Positions 1-11,587 of a DNA stretch of 64,000 nucleotides are shown one piece after another. This stretch comes from Selaginella moellendorffii. Its lineage: Eukaryota > Plantae > Lycopodiophyta. The position numbers were made by a program, and so were the translations under genes. The stretch covers positions 840,184 through 904,183 of the forward strand of contig NW_003314272.1 of the NCBI RefSeq assembly GCF_000143415.4, in the 5' to 3' direction. Positions within the stretch are counted from its first letter, which is position 1, and each line of letters opens with the position of its first letter. Below the pieces are notes generated by a model. The model worked only from the letters and a program-made list of their open reading frames with translations. It was not told where the DNA came from and searched no databases.

Positions 1-366
1 GGCCTAACCACTAAGTTCCACTATCCTCTGAAACTTCCTCATCATATGACTATATCCTTGGTCACTACACTAGAGGATTATTCTTCTTCCTTTCTATAAT
101 CTAAGACTTTGAGATGATGTTTCAAAACACCATTGCCCTATGCGAGCTTCATGGGTACTCTCCCCACCTTCTGCTTTAGGTGCCCTAGCCATGTGGCTAG
201 AGTGAGGTTCTAATGGGCCATACTAAGTATCTAAGTAGGTAATGCTACCCACACTTGGATTAGGAGCATCAATCATTCAATCTCCTAGGGGAGCTAGAGT
301 TGGCTTTTGAACACTTCACTAAGCTACCCCGCTTGTCTGTCTGTATTCACTCTAGCCTTGGACTAC

Positions 367-1289
367 TATAGCGCACCTGAATTTGGAGCCGAACTCCAAG
401 CTCGTTGGGCTACAAAACAAGGGTCCAGTAGAATCCCACGAGCACCAGCTCCCCGTATCTAGCACCTACACGCAAAATGGTGTGAGATGGAGTCTGGCAC
501 AATTTTGGCATACAGGTGGCCTAACGTGAGGAGGAGGGTACCCCACCGACTAGAGCAGCGTGGAGCTTGGGCTTAGACCCAAGCCGGATGCAGAACAAAG
601 AGTGACACACCCCAGCAGGAGCCAAACTAGTGTCTCAGGTGGTCAGATATGCATTCCAACCACTATCCCTACTATACATTTGGAACCCCCCACAGCCCCC
701 CCCCCCCCCCCCCTTGAGGGACACACGCTTTGGGCTTTCACCCCAAGCTTCCCTTAGTACCAGGAGTTAGTCTTTGGGACAAGTCTGAAACTTACTAAAT
801 ATGGAATGGCCTTAGATTGTGAATTTGGACACAGGACGAACACCATTGTGTTCAAGCCGATCTTTACATTCCGTAAATATGCCAAATGAGCGAATCTAGA
901 CACTTTCCATAAATAGCATATGGGACCGAAATGAGACCAACACTAAGAGCATGATAGTGAGGGTGTTTGGCAGACACAATAAGCTATCATTCAGCGATAT
1001 TGAGGGACTAGTCTCAATACACGGGGGTTCTTGATACTAGCAAGTGCAAGCCAATGACAGGAGTTTCTCAAACTAAGCCGAGTATGCTTAGCAAGAAACA
1101 CATAGGTTTCCTACCTTATGTTTATCCGATTTAAGTACATGGCCATTGACCAGTTTCTCAACTAGCTCAAGTGGGAACAATAAACGGAACCAACTGTACC
1201 GACCTTCTGCCATTATGGCAGTAAGGAAAGAGTGTCCATAAGGACTAACCGACAAGTATCTTTCGATACCCGAAGTCACATTCACGACA
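367..1289 (-). repeat. 3' LTR of the chromovirus (LTR-A, 923 bp)
   Basis: Starts TATAGCGCAC (TG mutated to TA) and ends CGACA; about 90% identical to 6732-7648 in the first ~115 nt compared by hand. Confidence 0.92.
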
Positions 1290-1306
1290 CTCTCCCCCCC
1301 TTGGGG
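1290..1306 (-). other. Polypurine tract
   Basis: CTCTCCCCCCC next to the LTR reads GGGGGGGAGAG on the minus strand, directly before the 3' LTR. Confidence 0.85.
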
Positions 1307-1889
1307 AAGATCAACGTCCTCATCGATGCATACCCGAGTCTAGCAAACTGTCAAAGAAACAACTTCGAAAGTTAACGGAAAGCACACTATGTGGGAAATA
1401 CACCGACTTAAATGAGTTATGGAACAACCTCTCCTCTACGTCCAAAAACGTTAAGACTCAAACACCCTCCGGCCGTCGCCGACAAGGAAATGACTAACAG
1501 AGTTAGCCACCCCTGCTGCTTCGAGTACCACTCGGCTTACAAAGGAATGATACATCCCTGCCCGCAGGGATATAGGGAGAAGGCCAGAGGCCCAACTGCC
1601 CCTGAGCAAGAAATCAACCCCGTCAGGAAGATTTAGACAACTATTATAAACTAGCAGATTAAGTTGTTTACACGACCCCGCCCCTTTTTCGAAAATGAGT
1701 TATCGAGAGAGAGGTGGGGACTTGTGATCAGTCAATAATAGTTATCCCCATGGTTATGGATTGGACCCATGCACCGAAGTGCCGAAGTCAGCCTGCCAAA
1801 ACTGACCCAAGTACGAACAAACAAAAGAAACGACACTTTGTTTTATAGAAATATATTACTTTATTGATTTGCAAGATTGATTACAAAAA

Positions 1890-4800
1890 TTAGTCTTTAT
1901 TACTATTCTCATACTCCGTGACAAGCTCATGAGCATGTGTAAGATTCCTAAGAGGTTCCCAAGTTGATTCACAAGTTGGGTAACCTTTCCACTTAACTAG
2001 ATATTCCTTGGAACGACCACCATGAGCTTTGCGAGACAAGAGAATCACTTCGACCTCATACTCCATGTCACCATTCACAACTTCCGAAGGTGGACGAATG
2101 TCCACAGAGCGATCCACAGCAACCTGATATGGTTCTAGTAAACTGACATGAAACACATCATGTACATTGGACAACTCATCCGGAAGATCCAACTTATAGG
2201 ATACATCACCAACTCGCTTCACCACCCGATAGGGTCCAACATATCTTGGCAATAATTTCCGAGATAAACATCCCTTAATGTTCAAGTTCTGGGAAGATAG
2301 CCACACCTGATCTCCCACTTGATAGGATACATTCCGACGATGCTAATCCTTATCATGTCGATACCTATCCTGAGCTTTGCCCATCGCCGCAGTAGCCCTA
2401 GACCAACCTTGGCATAGCTGCTCTGCATAAGTCTCAACAGCCGGGACCAACATTTCAGACATAGGTTTCGGTACAACAATCTGTTGAGGGTCCCCACGAG
2501 CATTCCCTTGAGCATCTCCCATGGAGAACAGCCTATAGCACTATGAAATGTGTTGTTATAACAAATTTCTGCTGTATCCAAATGCTCAACCTAGTCGCGT
2601 TGGTCCGCCGCGACATAGTACCGCAGATAATCCTCAACTTGAGCATTCACGCGTTCGATCTGCCCATCGGTTTGAGGATGATAAGCCGTATTAAATTTCA
2701 ATGTGGTACCAAACAGCTGGAACAGTGTGCCCCAAAACTTCCCCGTAAACCTCAAATCTCTATCTGAGATCATCTCTTCAGGAAGACCACGAACCCGCAC
2801 TACTTCATGGAAAAAGAGCTTTGTTGCTTGTTTCGCATTCACTGTTCCCACAGTTGGAATGAAGTGTGCAATCTTCGACAATTGATCCACAACCACTATC
2901 AAAGTATCATAACCCTTAGACTTCGGCAAGCAAGTGATGAAATCAAGTGTCACACTTTGAAATGGCCATGCTGGTGCTGGAATGCATTGCAACTTCCCAG
3001 CCTGCTTCTCAGTTCTGCGCTTACATTGCTGGCATATAGGGCAGGAACGGACATAATCCGCTACATCACCTTCCATACCAGACCAGAAAAATCCCTTTTT
3101 CAACGAAGCTAGAGTCTTTCGCTGTCCACCATGTCTTGCTGCTGGAACATCATGATGTTTCTGCAGAAATAACTGTTGAAGATCCTTAGAGGGAAGATAC
3201 AATCTTTCTTGCTTATAGAATATAAACCCATCCCGAACTGAGAAGTGAAGCTTTGCATTAGTGCGACTAGCAACTTTCGCTGCTTCGCTACTAGGGCTCT
3301 GCTTCAACAACCCCGTACGGCATAAGATTGCCTTCGTCAATGGATCACTTCCATATGAAGCCCGAACGTCCTCTAACCAGTCCGAACTGATGGCTGATAT
3401 TGCCCGGAATTGAGCCTGATGACTCAATGCATCCGGGACAATATTGTCTTTACTAGGTTTATATATGATTTCAATATCATATCTAACAAGCTTCTCTTGT
3501 CAACGAGCTTGCTTCGGCGTAAGCTTAGGCTGCGTAGCAAAGTAGCTTAGTGTGTTATTATTTGTATAAACCTTGGTATGTCCACCCAAGTAGTGTCTCC
3601 AGTGTTCCAGGGCCGACACTATAGCAAACATCTCTTTCTCATGTGTTGGCCATCTTCATTGGGTCTCATCTAATTTCTTGAAATAGAATGCAACGGGACA
3701 ACCATGTTGCCTTAGCGTAACACCAACTGCTTTGTCACAATCTTGCTGTAACACGGCACTAATAGCATAACCAGATGCATCACAATGCACTTCGAAAGGT
3801 TTATCAAGATCTGGGATCCTGAGAATAGGAACCGTAGTCAAGATCTCCTTCAACCGTACAAAAGCATGCTGACAAGCTGGTGTCCAATGAAACGGAATAC
3901 TACTCTTCGTCAACTCAGTCAACAGAAGAGCAATTCTTGCAAAATTGAGAACAAACTTGCAATAGTATCCCGCCAAACCGAGAAAGGAAAGAACATCTGA
4001 TGCAGTGGTTGGGACTTCCCAAGACTTCACCGCTTCCACCTTCTTTGGATCGACCTCAATCACGCCACCACCAACTACATGTCCGAGAAATTTTACGCGC
4101 AATTGACCAAAAGCTCACTTACTTTCCTTAGCATATAGTTTGTGTTCACACAACTTCTGAAACACCAGCTCCAAATGTTCAAATGATCCTCCAACGTTTC
4201 ACTAAAGACTAGAACATCGTCGATATATAGGACAACAAATGTGTCCAAATAATCTCCGAATATTCTATCCATCATAGTGCTAAATATCACTGGAGCATTA
4301 CATAACCCGAACGGCATGACAAGGAACTCATAAGATCCGTACCAAGTCTTAAAGGCTGTCTTCTCCACATCTTGATCCGCCACCCGTATCTAATGATACC
4401 CGGACTGCAAATCAAGTCGCATAAAATACTTAGCCTTTAAGAGTTGGTCAAACAAGTCATCAATGCGAGGCAAAGGATAACTATTTTTAACCGTGATCTT
4501 GTTGAGTGCCCGATAGTCAATACACATCCTTATGGTTCCATCCTTTTTCATAACAAAAAGGATCGGCACTCCATAAGGTGGTCGAATATGACCTTTATCA
4601 AGAAGCTTCGTGAGTTGCTTCTTGAGTTCAGGCATTTCCTTGATGTTCAATCAATATAGAGCTTTCGTAGGTGGTTTAGAACTTGGAATAACCTCAATCC
4701 GATGATCAACCTCATGGCTAGGAGGTAGCCTTAGCGGCAAATCCTTCGGGAAGATATCCTAATTCCTTGCCAACAACTCCAATATCTTCTTTGGTACAGG

Positions 4801-5270
4801 ATCAACCCCGTTGCCAATTTGAATTGAATCACCAACACCCTCAACTTCCATCATTTTAACCCAAAAGGTCTGACATCCCTTCTTAGCTACTTTTTGCACA
4901 GCTCTTGCAGTCAGGAACTTAGCATCCCAATCCTTTGAGGAGTGCTTTTGCAATTGGAAAGACACATCGGGATGTCCTTTTGACTTCAATGTGATACAAC
5001 TTTGTCTAGCACCATAAATCCCTTTAATATATTTGTTGAAGAAATCTATACCAAACACCATTGGTATCTTTAACATTACCAAGTCCACTCTTTCTTTCCA
5101 CTTAGATATTTTTTATCGGAACATCACTCACAAATTTTTTGGCTACTTGTCCACCTTCCATAAATTGGAAGTGCATAGGTGACATTTGCTCAGCATTCGA
5201 TCCTAACAATTTAACTAAGTCTTCAAATATCACATTGTGGGTAACTCCCGTGTTAATCATCACTCGAATT
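1890..5270 (-). pseudogene. Gypsy pol (protease, RT, RNase H, integrase, chromodomain) with stops and frameshifts
   Basis: [38 protein letters not shown] (RT); CDAS (RNase H); HHDVPAARH..CPIC, LDFIT, ISDRD, AYHPQTDGQ (integrase); GPY motif; YEVE..YLVKWKGY..STWEP (chromodomain). Confidence 0.93.
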
Positions 5271-6601
5271 TAGTGTCTGCGGACAAAGCCTACCAGATAC
5301 ATCAATGGATCAGTGTTTGCATTGACTGCGAGAAAAGCTTGAGGAAAGTAATGAAAGTAATTCACCTCCTCTTCCTCATAGTCTGTATTGACCAATTCAT
5401 TAACCCCTTCAACTTCACCACCACCATCTTCCCTCATGACATTAACATGAGACCTTATCTTATATTTTGAGGACCTATGTCTTGACTCTCCACAATGGAA
5501 GCAATGACCCACACTACCCGTTCCGCTAGTAGGTTGCTACTGCTTGTACCCACTAGGAGGAGGAACAAAGGACCTAGATCCAGAAGAAGCTGCTAGTGGT
5601 TTCCAACCACCACCACCTTTGTTAACCGTAGCTTGTGAGCCTCCAGGGTAAAACTTGCCTTCCACCCTCTGTTTCCAATCACCTTGTTTATTCCCAAAAT
5701 TCTTATTCTTGTCCGAGGTACTAGCATATGGTTGTTGTTATTGTTCTATGAGTGAGTGACTAAAGGCAACTTGCTATGCTACCTCCTTACACTCTAGGTA
5801 CGTCTTCGGCTTAAACTTCAAAATCTCATTGCGAGAAAGTGAACTTAAACCCTCCAGAAAATAACTTCGAGCATCTTTGTCACTCATATTTGTAATCATA
5901 ATGCACTTTTGAGCAAACGCATTAATGTAATGCATGAGATCCACTCGTTGCTTTAACCGCCGCAGCTCCACGCAAAGTCTCAAACCAAGATCATCCGGCA
6001 AGTATTCCTTATGGATATGAGACTGCATCTTGGTCCAACTTCTAGTCTGCCCTTTTTCAGCACACACCTGGCACCACCAAGTTTTGGCATGATCGGTGAG
6101 AAAGGATTGCATGCATGCAACTTTCGTACGATCATCTACGTCTACCAATATAAAATAGTTTTCCATATTGTAGACCCAATCTTCCAAAACCTGATAATCC
6201 CACATGCCTCTGAAATTGGGTGGTTTAGGAGGCTTGAACTTTAAAACTCATGCAACTACAGAACTTCATCGTCCTCAGAATTTGAAGAGGAGTTCGATTG
6301 CTTAGGTTTAGCTGGTTTAGCTACCCCAACTTCTTTCTTCCTCTTTTTTTTCTCCTTCTTCAATTTGCGAATCTCCCTTCGCAAATTCTCAATCTCAACT
6401 TCCTGAGCAGTACGTTGCATCTGGCTCTTCCTCTTCTGACTCAGCCTTAGCCTCTTCTGCAACATCTCTAGCAGGAGTTTCCTCCTCTCGATTTGCCTGT
6501 CTAGAGGTTTCAGCGTCATCAGCATGGTTCCTCTTCACCATCTTGCTAGCTGCATGCATGCCTCTATCAGTAACTGAACATGCATACAACGTTCTTACCA
6601 A
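5270..6601 (-). pseudogene. Gypsy gag (Retrotrans_gag domain, degenerate CCHC knuckle)
   Basis: SFLTDHAKTWW..LRRLKQ..YFLEGL gag pattern; CFHCGESRHRSSKY knuckle with the last Cys changed to Tyr. Confidence 0.85.
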
Positions 6602-6718
6602 ATGGTGCTATCCAACTAATCCTACATAGGTCGCTTCGGATCTACTAGAAAAGTCTCTGCGTATGCAACTTGAGTTAGAAAATCCGACAAAAGTTGGATA
6701 GGAATCGCTGAGACAATC

Positions 6719-6729
6719 CTCTGATACCA
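6719..6729 (-). other. Primer-binding site for initiator tRNA-Met
   Basis: CTCTGATACCA reads TGGTATCAGAG on the minus strand, 2 nt inside the 5' LTR. Confidence 0.9.
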
Positions 6730-6731
6730 AA

Positions 6732-7648
6732 TGTAGCGCACCTGAATTTGGAGCCGAAATCCAAGCCCATTGCGCTACGAAATGAGTGTCCAGTACAATC
6801 CCATGAGCACCAGCTCCCTGTATCTAGCACCTGCACGCAAAATGGTGTCAGACGGAGTCTGGCACAATTTTGGCATACCGGTGGTCTAACGCGAGGAGGA
6901 GGGTACCCCACCGACTAGAGCAGCATGGAGCTTGGGCTTAGACCCAAGCCGGACACAGAACAAGGAGCGACACAGCCCAGCGAGAGCCAAACTAATGTCT
7001 CAGGTGGTCGGACATGCATTCCAACCACTATCCCTATTATACATTTGGAACCCCCCACAGCTCCCCCCCCCCTTGAGGGACACACGCTTTGGGCTTTCAC
7101 CCCAAGCCTCCTTTAGTACAAGGAGTTAGTCTCTGGGACAAGTCTGAAACTTACTAAATATGGAATGGCCTTAGATTGCGAATTTAGACACGGAACAAAC
7201 ACCATTGTGTTCAGGCCAATTTCTACATTTTGTAGATATGCCAAATGAGCGAATCTAGACACTTTCCATAAATAGCATATAAGACCGAAATGAGACCAAC
7301 ACTAAGAGCATGATAGCGAAGGTGTTTGGCAGACACAGTAAGCTATCATTCAGCGATATTGAGGGACTAGTCTCAATATGTAGGGGTTTTTGATACTAGC
7401 AAGTGCAAGCCAATGACAGGAGTTTCTCAAACTAGGCCGAGTATGCTCAACAAGAAACACATAGGGTTCCTACCTTATGTTTATCCGATTTAAGTACACA
7501 GTCATTGACCAGTTTTTCAACTAGCTCAAATGGGAACAATAAAGGAAACCAACTATACCGACCTTCTGCCGTCATGGCAATAAGGAAAGAGTGTCCGTAA
7601 GGACTAGCCAACAAGTATTTTTTGATACCCAAAGTCACATTTGCGACA
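6732..7648 (-). repeat. 5' LTR of the chromovirus (LTR-A, 917 bp)
   Basis: TGTAGCGCAC...GCGACA; direct repeat of 367-1289. Confidence 0.92.
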
Positions 7649-8789
7649 CTACCCCTACTATACTTTTGGAGCTCACCAAACCCCCTAGGGTCTGGGAGAC
7701 GAACACTTTGGGTTTTCATCCTTGGACTCGAAATCAGACTTGGACTCAGACTTGGATTCGGACTCGAACTTGGTTTTAGACTCAGTTTTGGTCTCGGTCT
7801 CAGTCTCGGTCTAGGTCTTGGTCTCAGTCTCGGTCCCAGTCTCGGTCTCTTTCTCGAACTCAACCTTGAACTCCATCTCGGTTCCATCTCGGACTCCAAC
7901 TCGAGTCCATCTTGGGTGTATCTCGGACTCTATCTTGAACTCTATCTTGGACTCCATCTTGGACTCCATCTTAGGTCCATCTCGAACTCCATCTTGGACT
8001 CTTTCTAGGACTCTTTCTCAGACTCCATCTTAAGCTCTATCTTTACACTTCCATATGTTATGTGTTAGTCCTCTTGTGTCTCTTTTCTAGGAACTCACTT
8101 ATTGCTTGTTTCATGCTCATTCCTCAAGCACTTCGTTGGGAGTTCCACTCTCACTCTCAAATTTTTAAGTCAGAGCTTTTATATGAGACATAGATTTCTA
8201 AGCCCCAAAATGGAGCCAAAAGGGTGCCATGTGGTAGTGGCCGAAGTAGAAGCCAAATGAGCATAACATATTTGGACTAAAAGCTCCAACTTGAAAAGTT
8301 GAAAGCAAGAATGGAACTCCCAACAGAGTGCTCAAAGAATGAGCACGAGGCAAGCAATAAGAGAGTCTCTAGAAAAGGGACACAAGAAGACTAACATATG
8401 ATACATGAAGGAGTCCGAGATGGAATCCGAGATGGAGTCCGAGATGAACCTGAGGTGGACTCGAGATGGAGTTTAAGATAGACCCGAGATGGAGTCCAAG
8501 ATGGATCCGAGGTGGACCCAAGATGGAGTCTGAGATGAACCTAATATGGAGTCCAAGATGGACCCGAGATGGAGTCCGAGATGGAGTCCAAGATGGATCA
8601 AGATGGAGTCCGAGATGGACCCAAGATGGAGTCCAAGATGGACTGAGATAGAGTCCGAGATGGACCCGAGATGGAGTCTGAGATGGAGTTTGAGATGGAT
8701 CCAAGATGGAATCCGAGACAAGACCGAGACCAAGACTGAGACCAAGTCTGAGTTCGAGACTGGATCTTTGGAACATGGGGATAAAATCA

Positions 8790-9410
8790 CCATTAAGGGC
8801 TCTCTCATCAAGCAATTGCCCCTTTTCCAGTTGACTTAAGGGGAGAGAGATAAGGTGCGCTATAGTTGATATTGGAGCAAATGGCACAAGTTCGATTCCC
8901 ATTGATTAGTGACTACCTAAAATATAATATACCCTTGAGCAAGGTATATTCCTACCCCTAAATTTGAAAATGGACATCATGCGTACATCCTTCCTCTTGT
9001 GGAGCATTCCAGACAAAGGTATCCATCTTAAGATTGTGGTATGGGTGGATGATTAGTTGCCTCATATGGAATAGCTAGTTTACATAATGGAAGGATTGGT
9101 AGATTGAGTACAGAAATGGAGGTGTTAGTTCCCCTTGGCCCGTGGAACCTTGGGGCATAAATAGGGATAAAATAGGCCACTAAGGGCTCTCTCATCAAGC
9201 AATTGCCCCTTTTCCAATTAACTTAAGGGGAGAGAAATAAAGTGTGCTACAGTTCCTTCGCTCCTTGGGTTATATGCTCGGAACTAACACCTTGGCCCGT
9301 GGAACCTTGAGGGATAAATAGGGATAAAATAAGCCACTAAGGGCTCTCTCATCAAGCAATTGCCCATTTTCCAATTGGCTTAAGGGGAGAGAGATAAAGT
9401 GCGCTACAAT
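8790..9410 (+). repeat. Three copies of a ~75-bp unit (two within a ~157-bp tandem repeat) ending in GTGCGCTA(C/T)A-like sequence
   Basis: CCA(C/T)TAAGGGCTCTCTCATCAAGCAATTGCCC...GGGGAGAGA..TAA.GTG.GCTA.A at about 8790, 9177 and 9334. Confidence 0.85.
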
Positions 9411-9677
9411 TCCTTCGCTCTTTAGGCTATATACTCGGAAGTTGCTCTGTGGTTCGGTTTTGTCACTCCCTAGCTCCATGCTTGGGAGTTTGGCTCCTTT
9501 CTTTCGTTTAGTGGCCCAAAGCCCTGAAACTCGGGTTCCACACCACTGTCCTTTGGACACATGGCATTTATCACGTGGCATAAAGAGGGTTTAGGTTCCG
9601 CTTCATGGTGTTATCCTATGGTAAATCACTATAGAATAAAGGGTAAAAACTATATGCGCTACATTTGGTATCAAAGC
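9410..9677 (+). mobile_element. 3' part of an LTR of a third family (LTR-C) followed by a Met-type PBS
   Basis: Ends GCGCTACA at 9663, then TT and TGGTATCAAAGC; reverse complement of about 63047-63300. Confidence 0.75.
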
Positions 9678-10419
9678 AATATAAGTTGTTGGGTGGAAGC
9701 ACAAAGTGATCATCCCCCCCGGGGGGGGGGGGGTGAGGTACAAAAGAGTATAGTAGGGAGAGTTCGGGGGTTGGACTCTAGTGGAATTAGTTTGGCCAAG
9801 AAAGGCTAGTGTGGCTAGAGTGAATATAGACAAACAAACAGGCTAACTTGGTAAAGTGTTCAAAAGCCGACTCTAACTCCCTTGGGAAATCAAATGGTTG
9901 ATGCTCCCAATGCAAGTATGGGTGGCACTACCTACTTGGATACCTAATGTGGCTTATTAAAACCTCACTTTAGCCACTTGGCTAATGCACTCAAAGGCGG
10001 ATGGTGGGGAAAGTACCTATAAGGCTTGTGCAAGGCCATGGTGTTTCGAAATATTATCACAAAGTCCCAGACTAAAGAAAGGAAAAGGAACAATCCTTTT
10101 GTATGGTGACCAAAGATGCGGTTATGTGGCAAGGAAATCTCAGAGGCAAGTGGGTGATAGTGGTCAGGTCTATGGGCTTTGACCCAGTGGTAGTGTTGGC
10201 AAACACGGACGTGGACAAAAAGAGACTTAGTGGGACTAAAAAAAGGTCCACAAGTGCCAAATCATGGTGACGTCTGCAATATTTGGAAACTATGATCATT
10301 TGAAGCATCCTGCAAGCTTGAGTAGCACAAGCGCCAGAATGGTCTGCTTCGTAATGTTTGTGCCACTTTGGAATTAATCTGGCACAAAGATCCTGGTGTT
10401 CGGAGAATAATCCACGTCC

Positions 10420-10625
10420 AGAGCAATGCATACGCCAAGCCAAAATTCCAAAGATGCTACTCCACAGGCTCGGGTCACTTCTCTGGATCGATGGCAAGCT
10501 GTGCTTGGCGGTGGATCCTATCCAGATACTAGAGATATTCCTCTGGAGGAGCAACGACACCATGGCCATCCCCAACCATTTCCAACGCTGGGATGCTTTT
10601 GAGGAGGCCAAGGCTGGCAAGATGG
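10420..10625 (+). pseudogene. Fragment of a DUF616 (MUCI70/TOD1-like) glycosyltransferase gene
   Basis: KIPKMLLHRL..LWIDGKLCLAVDPIQILEIFLWRSNDTMAIPNHFQRWDAFEEA matches the DUF616 core (KIPKLLLHRL..WIDGKL..VDP.Q.LE.FLWR). No other exons found. Confidence 0.7.
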
Positions 10626-11587
10626 AGTTCATGGTCTAGTGCCGTACAACAGCACTGCCAGGATGTTCTCGTGGCTGTGGTTCAACTCACCCCCGACATA
10701 TATGCAGTTGTGCGGGACAGGGTCATCACCGGATCCGTATGTTCCAAGATTGTGAGAGGCAGAACATAACCAAAACAAAGTTCTAGTCTTAGACTGAAGT
10801 GGACCTACAATAAACATGTTTATATGCCACTGTGGAACATATGTATAATCAAGTGCATGCAATGCATGAAAGAAAAAGTACATTTTAAAGCCGAAGCTGT
10901 CCACGCATTTTAGCTTTCAAATCTCTCCATCTTGTGTCTCATCTTTCTTGTTTCTTGCCCTCGTAACTGACAATGCACTCGGGAGGCCATATAGTGGTAT
11001 GATCCCCATCTCCGACCAGCATGACAACACACACAAGTTCGAGATGCCTCTGAAAGCCTGGGGCTCATCACCACACCTCAAGGAAGACGCCCAAAAGTTG
11101 ATGATCAGGGTGACGAAGCATCTAGAATCACCACCGCAAAGCTTGCTTCTTGGAGCATAGCAACGGGGAGCGACCAAACTGGACTTTTTCAGGGCCCAGT
11201 TCCAGGTAGCAGCAACAACGCTTTAGTGAACTTGATGAGCTGTGGCGCACTTGGATCCACTTGGAGTTATGTTGTAGATGGATTGCGATTGAATCCAGCC
11301 ATGTTTTGGTAGTTGAAGGCCTGGGATCTCAAACCAGTTTTTAAATTGATGATCGGCTCCTCCCTGCTTTACTCGGACAAACTCGAGCAAAGTGTTTTCG
11401 ACTGCGTCAAGCTTATCCAGCTTCTAAATCACCAAGGCTTGCGCCAGGGACCTGGAAATAGTTTGCGCCACGCATGCCAGTGCTGCGTTGGACCGGTAAA
11501 ATGAAAATCAAAGACCTGATGCTGCTTGCCAAAGATCGGAAGGGCGGGGAGAGCTCTCTGCTGATGAGTTGCAAGACATGGGCTCTA

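Larger units (their letters stand above)
367..7648 (-). mobile_element. Full-length Ty3/gypsy chromovirus LTR retrotransposon with disrupted ORFs
   Basis: Direct LTRs 367-1289 and 6732-7648; CTAC on both flanks; Met-type PBS and PPT; gag, zinc knuckle, RT, RNase H, integrase and chromodomain in gypsy order on the minus strand. Confidence 0.95.
1..8181. mobile_element. Decayed LTR of family B, split by the chromovirus insertion (parts 1-366 and 7649-8181)
   Basis: Both parts align colinearly with the solo LTR at 52863-54479, including the TCGGAC/TCGGTC/GACTCCATCTCG repeat tract at about 7730-8030, with many C>T and G>A changes. Confidence 0.85.
8182..10247. mobile_element. LTR-B copy in the opposite orientation, interrupted at about 8760-9685 by other LTR pieces
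   Basis: 8182-8760 is the reverse complement of the right end of 52863-54479; about 9690-10247 is the reverse complement of about 53270-53850. Confidence 0.8.
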
